From: Octopus sinensis
Lineage: Eukaryota
Direction: 5' to 3'
DNA length: 64,000 nt
Assembly: GCF_006345805.1 (NCBI RefSeq)
Contig: NC_043003.1
Location: 71,858,001-71,922,000 of the forward strand
Position numbers and translations under genes: made by a program. The notes below the pieces were generated by a model. The model had not been told where the DNA came from. It saw only the letters and a list, made by a program, of their open reading frames with translations, and ran no database searches. Every line of letters starts with the position of its first letter. Position 1 is the first letter of the stretch. Of this stretch, positions 37,231-49,634 are shown piece by piece.

Positions 37231-38572
37231 TCACCACCTATGTTGCAGCTGAACTTTTGATTTTATTTTGTTACGATAGTTTTTGCTCTGCAAAACTCAT
37301 GTCGGTCAGTGATATCAGGCTTGAACCGATATTAACGTCTTATTCTTAACCTTCAGGCCCACTTGCAACTGGTGATTGATTTTTGTGCAGACACTTTTCG
37401 TTGGTGTTCTCGTCTGTTCTGTTATTTACACACCATCCATGACACTCAAATCACACTTTGTTTTATTGTTTTGCTTTGGATTTTGACTACCCGTTCTTTG
37501 CATGATAGTTTTCTCTATACACTCAACTTTCTTCATTTTTCATTTCATTTTGCTTAATCGACATCGTTGCAGAATACATGCACGCATTTAATTCGTACCA
37601 CCATACATTATTTATTTACTACTATTATTATTTTTTTTCGTTTTGCAATTGTCGTGCTTGCTTTTCGAGGAGCAATTACATACGACCACAGTGCCAGACA
37701 AATTTGTTTTTTTGCACTTCCTTAAGCCACCTACCACAAAACGCATGCTTATTACCAGAAATCCTGCTATGATGGCATGAACTGAGAATAGTAATCTTTA
37801 TTTACAGTTCCTTTCAATGAAAATTGGCAGCTTGCACCATATCCATGCTCACTTGAATATGGACTGTTATATAAATACAATCCTGAGCTGCATCACATTC
37901 AAATCCACTTGAATCTGAATCTGTATAACAAACCATTCAGACTCACTTGAATATGCACTTCCATCCACATATACATTACCTTAGATTCTCTTTCCTAGTA
38001 TTTAAGCTGTATATTTTTAGTCTTGCATTACATCCACATCTCCGTGTACTTTTCATTGAACATTTAAAAACGTAGTTCTGTTGTTTATTCGTTATTTCTT
38101 TTCAGAACATGTCAACATCAGTAGCAAAAGCTGTTACACTTACATTTAATCCATTTGTTGTTACTTTATCAAATTCCTGTTGGGAGAGTAACGTAGCAAG
38201 TCTCTGCTTCAAACTGTAGCTATGCTACGGTGGTATAAGTAAAGAATACTCTCTAAAACTCACGTTGTGGTACCAGCCATCACTATCAACGGCAGTGAAC
38301 TTCTAGCATGTTTACTGTCTGTTAACTAAAGCTCTGTTGCTGCATCCCAGTCTCCTATCCACCTTGCCTCCAAAGTCTCAGTCGTTCTTTTTGGCCACTT
38401 TTCGATAATATGGTCTGGACACTCCTAACTAATAACTCACTATGATGGCTCTGTAAACATACACCTGTGGAGAAATCCTCTCCTGTTTATTGCCTGATTT
38501 GCATCTAAATACACATATACACTCGAGTAAATTTCATTAATATTTTTCCTCTCCATTAGGTTCATTGCCGTC

Positions 38573-38658
<86 letters not shown>

Positions 38659-38705
38659 CACACATCACACACACACACACGCACACACGCACGCACGCAC
38701 GCACA

Positions 38706-38743
<38 letters not shown>
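38573..38743. repeat. (CA)n microsatellite
   Basis: Direct reading. Confidence 0.97.
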
Positions 38744-38747
<4 letters not shown>

Positions 38748-39504
38748 AGTGCGAAATGCTTCCTGTTACTCTAAACCACGGCTCTCAAACTATCTCTTCC
38801 ATGAACCTTAAATCGCATATGCCAAGCTTGCCCCTATCCTTATTAAGTACTCCTTTCACTTCCTCTCTGTGTCCCGTCTCACTCTTTCTCTCGAGGATGG
38901 TCTTAATCATAATCTTTGCTAACCGAGTTCAATGTCTCAGTGAAAGTCTACCTGCTTCTCTTGTCCTCTTAACTGTCTCTAATTCACCATCTATTTTACC
39001 AAATGTTTCTGGAACTTCCTTCATTCCAACGTTCTTCCTATCCCATATTCCCTAGAACTCTTGTCTCACTTTTCTGCTTTACTGGAACTCCTTGTGCACA
39101 TGTAGTTTTTTTCCCATGCAGCAAGATACTGATTGTAATGAATCAACCAATATTGACGTTCTACTTTAACATGAAATCGTGTGACTACAGGGTGTAAACA
39201 ATAAATCAATCTCACTACCTGAGAGTTACTTCACTTGACAACATGTTATTGATCAACTTGTTTACTGCTGTTAAGTGTTATATTCTTGTTGGCCTTTGTC
39301 ATTGCTGTACCTCATCACCCATTTAAAACTACGGACAAAGATGCCTTGTCTCTGTCACAAAACAGTCACTCATCATCTGTCTATTTTTCTCGAAATATCT
39401 TTAAATATTAAATTAATTCAAAGTTTAAAATTCAACAGCCCCCCACCCCACCAAAAAAAAAATTCAGAATAAAAATTTTCTGCTATTTTACCCGATTTCA
39501 CTTA

Positions 39505-39655
39505 CTGGACCTACATTCAAAATATTTTGGACAAAGCACCAACTCTGCCAACCGAAGCCGACACGCGAAAGTAAACACACACTTGCATGTGTGCCCACAC
39601 CACATACACATACACACATATCCACAGATACACACACACACACGCAATTTATGTA
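39505..39655 (+). repeat. ~150-bp dispersed repeat (second copy 40673-40820)
   Basis: ACTGGACCTACA.TCAAA.TATTTTG..GCACCAA..GACACGCG.AAGTAAACACACAC..(CA)..CGCAATTTATGTAA in both. Confidence 0.75.
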
Positions 39656-39723
39656 AGAGTTTTTGGGCTATTTTTACATGATTTTAACGCGTCCTTAATT
39701 GCTTACTAATTGATTGAAAACTT

Positions 39724-39806
<83 letters not shown>

Positions 39807-40874
39807 AGATGAAGATCCTCGAGTGGCTGAAAGTTGTGTGTGTGTGTGTGTGTGTGTCTGTGTGTGTGTGTGTGTGTTACTACTAGATGTCACATTAACT
39901 TTTATGTGACGTAAATGTTTCAAAAATAATTCTTATATTTTAAATTAACTCTATAATTCTTCGATACGGTTCAATAGCTCATGGTACCAAATACATAGAA
40001 TCTCTAGGTTTATGGATTTAAACAAGGACCATATTCACAACAGCATCATAGACACTGCAAGGCACTAAAATCATTATTTATGTCTTACAATAAAAGCCCA
40101 GCATCTTTGACTGCACAGAAGAAGCTTTAAGGCGGGAAGATACTTTCTGAGGCATAAGAGCCAAGCTTCGCAAAATACAACCAGATGATTTTTATAAAAA
40201 GGAGAACGGATTAAGTTCACCAATGACGATTTATATAACCATCTAAAAAATATATATTTCACTGACTCGACACAAAAATAAAAGTCAATTCTTACACAAA
40301 TTGCTTTACACCGTCTTACAAAAGAAACAACACATTAGATAACATGGCCTTATATATACATTACTTTTTAGAATATGATATATGGCATAGGATATGGCAT
40401 AGAATATGAGATAGGTCTGCTATCAGCTTGACAATCTCGAGCTAGAGAATACTCATTCAAGGCACTCTTCAAAACAAATTTCATCGCCTTTAGAATCATA
40501 CATTTTACTATAAAAATAATATAGAGTTATCTCCCTTGAATTTTTCGAGCCTAGGTTTCAAGGGAGACAACTTTAAACGTATGTTGAGATGTCGACATTT
40601 CTGGTTGGAATTTATTCATTTCTTAACACTCGACGGACTATGACGGGCTGGTGGCAAATCCTCGTAACTTAACTGGACCTACACTCAAATTATTTTGTAC
40701 GAAGCACCAATTCTACCTTTCCACGACGACACGCGGAAGTAAACACACACACGCACGTCCGCTCAGATACACATACACATTCACACACACACATATACAC
40801 GCACACGCGCAATTTATGTAAAAATGTCACACTTCAGGTTTTCTTCAATGTTTTCATATTGCCGAAAATTTCTA

Positions 40875-41098
40875 TTAACCCTTTCGTTATCAACAGCCAA
40901 AACCGGCTATAGCTCTGTAGTACAAATGTCTTGTTTTCATAGGTTTTGCATTAAAATATACCACCAAACCTTAGTCGCAATTTATGTCCCTAACGCTTGT
41001 TTAATGATAACTAAGTTATTTTACTAAATTATTTGTTATATTTAAAATAATTGAAAGAAATACAGAGTATCTCAAAATAAATATAGTAACGAAAAGTT
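40875..41098. mobile_element. piggyBac-like MITE
   Basis: TTAA-CCCTTTCGTTAT ... GTAACGAAAAG-TT; ~220 bp AT-rich interior. Confidence 0.6.
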
Positions 41099-41492
41099 TC
41101 TGTTTATCCAGTATTGTACATCAACTGGTCCTTCTTGACAAGAGAAAACCGTGAGTTATTCATTCACGTCTATTGAAATCTGCTACTGGCGAAATGGTAC
41201 TCGCGGCATTCTGCCTATGAAGAACTCCTGCGAAGTTACGCTTTTCGCGTTCCTGCATAATTCTATTTATACTCTTTTCTTTTTAAACTATTTCATAAAT
41301 GTTTATTAGCCAGAGGGATAGTATTAATGCTGAGAGTTGATATCTTATATAGAATAAAACGTGATATGAGGCTTGTGGGTCACGCTGGGAGAAGGGTAAA
41401 ACAAACTGAGTGCAATTGCTCTAAGAGATGCTAATTGCAAGAGAACAGTTGTAAAAAGGTTTGTTATGAAGTCGCGCGCGCACGCACACTCA

Positions 41493-41560
<68 letters not shown>

Positions 41561-41561
<1 letters not shown>

Positions 41562-42053
41562 TAGAGAAAAAGGGCAACACAAACCAAGGCAGGAAGAGTA
41601 TCTGAAGTCATTTATAATAATTCAACTAGGGTAAGGTGAATTTGAAGTCTAACAGCTGTTTCAGGGATATCCCAAGTGAGAGACTAGCATGTCCATACAC
41701 TGGGTATTTCGTCATCAGAGACAATGTGGTGAGTATGTACGAAAGTTCTAGACGGAAATTCACAGTTTATAAGGAATAAAATAGAAGGATAAAGAGTAAA
41801 AGTAGAGAGAAGAATACAGATAGTAAAACACGGAGGGTATGGAGGTTGGTCCATACTTCCGTGAAGATATAGGCCCTTAGGTATAATTCCAGGTAAATCC
41901 AGGCAGTATTTTGGTAGTATTTTGATGATGCGCTCATGTTAAAGTACTGGATTAAGCTGTAAGACTTCAACTTCACCTTACCCTAATTAAATTATTATAA
42001 ATGACTTGAGATACTCGCCCTACCTTGGTCTTTGTTGCCCTTTTCCTCTAATA
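41561..42053. mobile_element. Fold-back element with ~95-bp imperfect inverted arms, probably Penelope pLTR-derived
   Basis: 41561-41656 is the reverse complement of ~41955-42053; hammerhead motif inside; (TA)n on the left. Confidence 0.75.
41647..41722 (-). ncRNA. Type I hammerhead ribozyme motif
   Basis: Minus: GTCT-CTGATGA-[49 nt, imperfect hairpin]-GAA-ACAGCTGT-T-AGAC; predicted cleavage between 41651 and 41650. Confidence 0.65.
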
Positions 42054-42331
42054 TATACCTACTAACAAGGAAGCCTAATACAGAACCCAAGCTCCAGCCT
42101 CAGCTGTGAAAGTGGAACCTAATGGATGCCCAATTATAGCACTTACTCAGCGTAACTATTCGTTTAGACCAACAATGAACTAAACCCATCATATTCTGTC
42201 TGTCTGTCTCTCTTTCTCTCTCTCCCTCATTCACTCTCTCTCTCTCTCCCCTCTTCTCTCTCTCTCTCTATATATATATATATAGAGAGAGAGAGATAGA
42301 TAGATAATTTCTTTATTGGCCACACAGGGTT

Positions 42332-42394
<63 letters not shown>

Positions 42395-42652
42395 TGTGTG
42401 TATATATATATATTGTGTGTGTGTGTGTGTTGTGTATTTTATGAGTGTTTGTTTTACTGTCTCCTATCTTTGAATTTGGACATTAGTAGTAAGCATATGT
42501 CACTGTCAATTCAAGAGGTGTTCTTTGTTTCCAGTCTGTCGCGTAAACATGTATGGGTATGGTTAAATATTACTTGCAAATATGTGAGGGTTGGCGACAG
42601 GACGAGATTCTAGACATACAAAATACGTCTTATCCATATATATATATATATA

Positions 42653-42698
<46 letters not shown>

Positions 42699-42718
42699 TA
42701 TACATACATATATAAATA

Positions 42719-42760
<42 letters not shown>

Positions 42761-42803
42761 AATGTGTGTGTGTGTGTATGTGTGTGTGTATGTGTGTGTG
42801 TGT

Positions 42804-43277
42804 GGAGGCGCAATGGCCCAGTGGTTAGGGCAGCGAACTCGGGGACGTAGGATCGCGGTTTCGATTCCCAGACCGGGCATTGTGAGTGTTTATAGAGCAA
42901 AAACACGAGGCTCCGGCAGGTGGGGGGTGAACCCTGCTGTGCTCTTTCACCACAACTTTCTCTCACACTTTCTTCCTGTTTATGTTGTACTTGTATTTCC
43001 AAGGGCCAGCATTGTTACACTGTGTCTCGCTGAATCTCCCTGAGAACAACGTTAAAGGTACACGTGTCTGTGAAATGCTCGGCCAATTGCACGTTAATAA
43101 ATGACCTGCGACGTCACTGGTGCCAAGCTGTATCGGCCTTTGCCTTTCTCTTGAATAACACTGGTGGCGTGGAGAGGGGAGGTTGCTGGTCTTCCATAAA
43201 CAATGTTGCCCAGACTTGTGCCTCGGTGGGTAACTTTCTAGGTGCAATCCCATGGTCATTCATGACTGAAGGGAGTC
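42804..43277 (+). mobile_element. Chimeric SINE: family 3 head + family 4 tail
   Basis: Head as 20664; from ~43090 CGACGTCACTGGTGCCAAGCTGTATCG..CCATGGTCATTCATGAC as in the reverse complement of 24701-24895. Confidence 0.8.
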
Positions 43278-43399
43278 ACAACAACAACAATATACATGCA
43301 TACATACATATATACATACACACACACACACACATATATATATATATGAGGGACGGAAGGTGAATCTCCTGGTCACGGAGGAGACGCACCCTCCCTCAA

Positions 43400-43852
43400 T
43401 TGAGAGGGAAAAAAAGGAAATGGAAGAGAAACGAGATATTGCCGGCAGTCGGTGACATAGCACCGGAATGTCCTGGAACCTTGCCGGTAGGGGTTGTGCC
43501 ACCGACAGGAAAAGAGACACCATTGGAAGCAACTGTGCCGCCAGCGGTAAAATTGCCTACTTCGAACCCGGATGAAGAAAAACTACTGGCTTTCTTCTAC
43601 AGATGCGGAGAGGTAGATGAGGTGGTGGAAAAGCACCATAAGGGAATACCTTTCACCTTCACACAGGATCCCGAATGGCCTCCGCAGATAGCTGTGGAGG
43701 TCATAACGGTGTCTGTGGGGTTTAGGTTGCAGGAACTCAATGAGGAATATCGCTTGTGGCCGGGCGACGCCGGCTCGGATCCCGCCTTGGTCATGAATGA
43801 GGCGTGGGGGATGGTGGAGTATACGGGCACAAGCGATGTCGGGGAGGAATAA
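43400..43852 (+). pseudogene. GC-rich 150-aa ORF fragment, possibly L1/Tx1-type ORF1 (RRM-like) relic
   Basis: KLLAFFYRCGEVDEV resembles ORF1 RRM-like segments; recalled resemblance only. Confidence 0.3.
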
Positions 43853-43934
43853 TGACAAGAAGTTGAAACGCCTCAGTGTTATAATGTTTAATGTTTGTTG
43901 CATGGTATTGTGTTTAAGAGGCTTATGTTCGCTA

Positions 43935-44065
43935 TTACCTTCTTCCGGAGCCGCTTGGAGATTAGGTGTTTCGCTCATAAACACACACATCGCCCAGTCT
44001 GAGATTCGAACCTGCGATCCCTCGACTGCGTTTCCGCTGCTCTAACCACTAGTCCATGTGCCTCC
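43935..44065 (-). mobile_element. SINE family 3 head
   Basis: Reverse complement GAGGCACATGGACTAGTGGTTAGAGCAGCGG..GGTTCGAATCTCAGACTGGGCG. Confidence 0.75.
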
Positions 44066-44137
44066 ACATACATATATATATACACATATATATATATACA
44101 TATGAACATATATATATATACATATATACATATATAC

Positions 44138-44187
<50 letters not shown>

Positions 44188-44270
44188 GTATATACATATA
44201 TACATATATATACATAAACATACATATATACATATATACATACATATATATATATATATAAATATACATA

Positions 44271-44317
<47 letters not shown>

Positions 44318-44397
44318 ATAATAAATATTAGGGAATAAATCCAAACTTACAGGGAAAAATCAGATTTAGGATTGAATCCAATTTTATAGTAAAATAT

Positions 44398-44487
44398 TAT
44401 ATTATATTAAATTAGAGACAAAACCACTATTAGGCATTAAACTAGATTTGCCTAATAGTGGTTTTGTCTCTAATTTAATATAATATA
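44398..44487. repeat. Perfect 39-bp inverted repeat with 12-nt loop
   Basis: 44398-44436 pairs with 44449-44487 (..ATTAAATTAGAGACAAAACCACTATTAGGCA / TGCCTAATAGTGGTTTTGTCTCTAATTTAAT..). Confidence 0.95.
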
Positions 44488-44504
44488 TATATAGATAGAT
44501 ATAC

Positions 44505-45560
44505 GAAAGTCTCTGCAACACATTCGTATCGTCTGCGTAGCTTGCAAGGGTGGCTATCTGGGCACGTGAGGGCATATCTGAGAGGGCCACTATAAAAAGC
44601 AGTGAGCCCAAGACAATGCCCCGTGGAACACCGCTCACTATTTGTGTTTTCATAGAGGTGGCTCCATTAGCAACTACCGCCTGATTTCTATCTTTCAAAA
44701 TGTCATGTGACCACTCTCCAAGTTTTCCAGCTATGCCGAGATCACGCAGTTTGTGGCATATCATACCATTCTCCACTTTGTGAAAAGCTTTTACAAAATC
44801 AATTATATCACATCCACATTAGAGTTGTTGAGTAACTGCCTCAACACCTAGTCATAATGCTGTAAGAGCTGTGCCATGCAGCTCCTACCTGGTCGAAATC
44901 CATACTGGATATAACTCAGCAAGTTATTGTCTTCGAGGAATACGATTAGTTTTCCTCTGACTATCCGTTCCCTGACTTTGCTGATGTGTGAAATCAAAGA
45001 GATAGGCATACTGTTTTTGGCATCTGCCCTGCTTCCCCCTTTATGGATTGGGCATATTATTCCCTCCTTCAGCTTGCTTGGCAGTCTGCCATTTGCAAGA
45101 AAGCTTTGGAAGAGTATCTGGAGGTGTTTTGCCAGGGCATGCTTACACAACTTGAGGAGGATTGCTGGGAAACCATCAGGACCAGCAGTTGAGTTTGTGT
45201 CCACTTCATCTATGGCTATATCTTCTTCGCTAATGTCGATGTATTCCATCGTAACTGCTTCACTGGTTATAGGTGAGGCGGCAAAGAAGTTCACTGGTTC
45301 GTTCATTTGTCTGAGTTCCAACGGGGTGGTAAAGACACTTTTGAACCTGTCATTCAGTACCTCACTGATCCTAGTTAGACTATCTGTGGGGGAGCCATTC
45401 TTTTGGAGGAGGGGTTCTATCTTGCAGAGTACTGAGGCTGTTTCTCTCGAGTAATGAAAGAAGATTTTGGGGTTTGACTTAATGTATTTTATAACCCAAG
45501 CTTCCTTGTTTGCTCTCTCTTAGCGTCCTTATACCGTCTTTCTGATGCTGAGGCGACAGT
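44505..45560 (-). mobile_element. CR1/Jockey-group LINE RT fragment
   Basis: AGPDGFPA, PIHKGG, PISL.S..SK, QYGFRPGRSC, DFVKAF, SGVP.G.VLG.LLF, YADDT; stops present. Confidence 0.88.
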
Positions 45561-46139
45561 TTCTGGAAACTTCAGCTTCCTCCTTAGGTCGTCAGTTTTT
45601 AGATCACGGTCTTTTGCTGTTGCATATAGATTCAGAGTGGTGAACTCGGTAGCCCTTCTTCGTTGGGTGGTGGTGCTTGTAATGGTTAATCTCCCTTCGG
45701 ATGGTGTCTGCTGTGACCTTATAAATCAGCTCATGTCTCGAACAGTAGCGTCCTTCACACAAGACATTTGAACAGTTATTGAGGATGTGCTTCAAGGTTC
45801 CTCTCTTAGAGCTAGCTAATTCAATATTCTCTTGCAGAACATGATTGTTAGATTTAGTATCGTAAATTCCTTGAATTAGGAATTTTATCCGGTGGAGATA
45901 CGCTTTTCAAATGTGGGCCATGAAACTTTGTATATTATCGTTTGGTCTCATTTTAACCAGTCTCCATGGCGCCTCATCCCAACAGACGTGTTGGCTCGTA
46001 CCTCATCAATCGATGCTCGCACTTCATTCAAGATTAGTAGCCTCCTGTCCTCTCTTTGTACATTGTTATAATGAGATATTGTAGTGTTACACAGGCCAGC
46101 CCTTACACGAAGTACAACACCCACGAATGCTCCGTCCAT

Positions 46140-47050
46140 TGCTCTCCTCTTCCATCCTGTATTGGCCTCAATGTCAGCCTTAGAAACTTAAAGGTGGTAG
46201 GATTTTGGTATTATAAAACCTTCTCAGGACAGTTAGCCACAAGTTCTACTCTTAGACTGGTGATGGGAGCTTCAACTTCTTATTCTATCCTTGCAAGGAG
46301 GCACTCTACACGTACCAAGGAAGTCTTAGCCATTTCCACAGGAACCTGATGACCTTCCCCCACGAAGCTCTCCATTGTAGATATAGACCTATTTTACAAA
46401 GATCGTCCAAAGAATCCATGTGAGGATGCCATGTCGTTAAATCTAGGTCTTAAACATGTCCACTGTGAATAGTAAGACTTCCAATTCTTTGTTGGTTTCA
46501 CGGATGGATGGTGTGTCTCTCAGGTTCTGTTAAACAACTGTCCCAGGATCTTCATTGGTTTCAATTGATGGATAGTATCTGTATACTACTGATCAGCATA
46601 TCTGGACTTAACTGGTTTCAAACTCATTCAGCCCAAATCATCAACTCAGGAAGCTATTTTGGATAGTTCTGCCTCTTGTGACTTATGTTGTTGTCATAGT
46701 TAGAACATCGATAAAAGCTTTAATAGGGAGCTACTGAGTAACCAGACATGAAGAGATCCATCTGCACAAACTCCCACCAACTTTACAAACATGTTCATTG
46801 CAAGCGCGAAAAGAGAGGCTGAAGTGGTACATTCAGTGATAAGGCTTTTTTTTTCGATATTTTGCCAATCTGATGTCTTGGAAGCGGCAGAAACTTTTAG
46901 ACTGCAGCAGAATGAGAACTTTGAACCTGTCTGATACATGGTACCAGTTCAGGGCCTCTTTAAGCAATATATGGGTTATGTAACCATAGGCCTTTGCAAG
47001 ATCAAACCACAACACTTCTCTTGATTTCCTTTATTCTCTCGGGCTTCCTT
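46140..47050 (-). mobile_element. Degenerate RLE-group (NeSL/R2-like) retrotransposon RT fragment
   Basis: WFDLAKAYG.I.H, KSR, STMESFVGKVIRFLWKWLRLP, KLKLP; many stops. Confidence 0.55.
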
Positions 47051-47100
47051 GATAAACTAGAACCAAGGCTCCTTCATTGGAATTTCAACATCAACAACAG

Positions 47101-47101
47101 G

Positions 47102-47132
<31 letters not shown>

Positions 47133-47375
47133 TGTATGTATGTATGTATGTATGTATGTATGTATGTATGTATGCATGTATGTATGTATGTATGCATGCA
47201 TGCATGTATGTATGTATGTATGTATGTATGTATGCATGTATGCATGCATGCATGTATGTATGTATGTATGTATGTATGCATGCATGCATGTATGCATGCA
47301 TACATGCATGCATGCGTGCATGTATGTATGTATGTATGTATGTATGTATGTATGTGCAGATTTATTTGTTTTATG
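47101..47375. repeat. (TATG)/(CATG)n compound microsatellite
   Basis: Direct reading. Confidence 0.95.
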
Positions 47376-47399
47376 TATGTATTCTCATACATATTTAAA

Positions 47400-48800
47400 T
47401 GATAAACTTCTGGAAAGTTTTACGGATTTTTACAGTTCCAGTGATGGATTGGATTTATAGTCTTCGGATTAGCTTTCTCCTTTCTGATTTTGAGACGCTT
47501 AATTTCTCAAGATTGGCATTTAGACAGTGTGTTATATATCCAAGGGCCCCAAGAATTACAAGTATAAACTTGAACTTGTAATCTAGATAGAGTAACTGCA
47601 TATTTCTCAATGGTTCTGCATAGGTGTTCTCTTTTTCACTGATCTTCAGCTTTACGTTAACATCTGCTGGGCAGCTAATTTCCACAACTGTGCACAGTTT
47701 CTCTTCTCTATCCCAAATCATTACATCAGATCTGTTGTGCTTACATTTTATTGAGGTCTTCACTGGTACATTCCACCAGTATTCCTTTTTATCATGAGTG
47801 ACTATGTCTTCTACAATATTGTGGCTTGTTATTTCTTTGTCCTCGGCATTATCTTTCCGACGGATTTCATTTTAGAGTGTCCTAGCTACAACATCATGTC
47901 ACATCGGTAGATAATACTGTGATGACATTTTCAGACAACTGCTTATTATGTGGGTGATATCTTCAGTGTGAACTCCACAAAGTCTGCTTCTGTTGTCACA
48001 TTTTACTGCTTTTCCTGCATCTCTATCCCTTTTGTGCATCAGGTACTTGGTTGACATTTCCTGTTCCTCGATTGCAAACGCATACCCTTCAAAGTGGGAG
48101 GTAGTAATCCGGCTATTGGTCCATGATAAACTGCTTTGATGATCGATATTACTATCATCACAGAGCTTTCTACTGACGTATCTATGAATAGTCTTCTGCT
48201 CATATAGGCTCATCCTTTCATCTGATAGTACGTTGCGGTAAAGTCGGGCGACTTCTTTGGGCATGTATTCTCGGTTATCCAAGTCTTATGATGTTATCAG
48301 CGTCACGTATGCAAACTTGTTCAAGGGATGCACTTCGACACTTGGTGGTTAGATGTTCCCGAAGGGATATGATGAGACATTCAAAGGCATTTTGGATGTT
48401 AAGCCTCTGTCGCCTTGTTTTCGTTTTAGCTAGAGGCAGTCTACGTCACTGATTATGTGGAAATTATGTGTGCTGTTAGTATTTTTCGGGTTTTCACATT
48501 AATGGTTCGAATTTCATCAAGTGCCCAATCAAGCAGCCCAAATGTTGGTATAAGTATTGGCACTGTAAACATATTGTGGGCCGCTGTTTTATTGAATGCA
48601 GAGTTCTGAGGTCCAAATTATCTTTATTCGGCTGTAATATTCTTTAGTGACACGTGTTTTGTCACAGGTGCCATTGTAAGATATATTTTCATCCACCTCT
48701 AGATACCTGTAACATTCCTCGTCAGATACAGGGTAAACAGTCAAATCAATGATGGAGGTGTTACTAGACTGGTTTATAGCTTTCCCCCTTTTCACAACCA
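47400..48800 (-). mobile_element. R4/Dong-group retrotransposon relic (late RT, CCHC finger, RLE)
   Basis: YRYLEVDE, AFAIEEQE..TKY, RLC..ED.THIISSC..RHD, HNRSDV..VEISCP..EKE..Y. Confidence 0.8.
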
Positions 48801-48819
48801 TAAAACAACATTTATTCTA

Positions 48820-49080
<261 letters not shown>

Positions 49081-49514
49081 AAGCAATAAGGGTTTAGCAA
49101 CGAATTGCCTTACCACATACCGAATTTAGAAATAGCAGTCAAAGGGTTATAGCTATTTCTTCTACTAAAAAGGGAGATCTCAGTAAAAACAGCATTTGGA
49201 AGGCAGACATAAACAGGTAAGAGAGAATGAATTGACTGCAATCTATCATACATTTTTTTAGTATGTATATATATATATATACAACGCACACGCACAAAGT
49301 GAATTCGTTTTTGAGTACGTGGTTATATAAATTATGTATAAATATGGGAAAAATATGTATAAACTCTTCGTATGTGCATACACAATTCTTTTCTTTCTTC
49401 TTCATACAACCACTACCACCACAGGTACGATACACAGATTTATGTGTGTTTGTATATTGATGTAAAATTATGATGAGAAAAATGACAAATCTATCTGTCT
49501 GTCTCCCTCTCTTC

Positions 49515-49634
<120 letters not shown>

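Noticed and set aside
40525-40573. 16-bp imperfect inverted repeat AGTTATCTCCCTTGAA / TTCAAGGGAGACAACT
   Set aside because: Possibly a collapsed MITE, but too short to assign; an intrinsic terminator is not meaningful in this context
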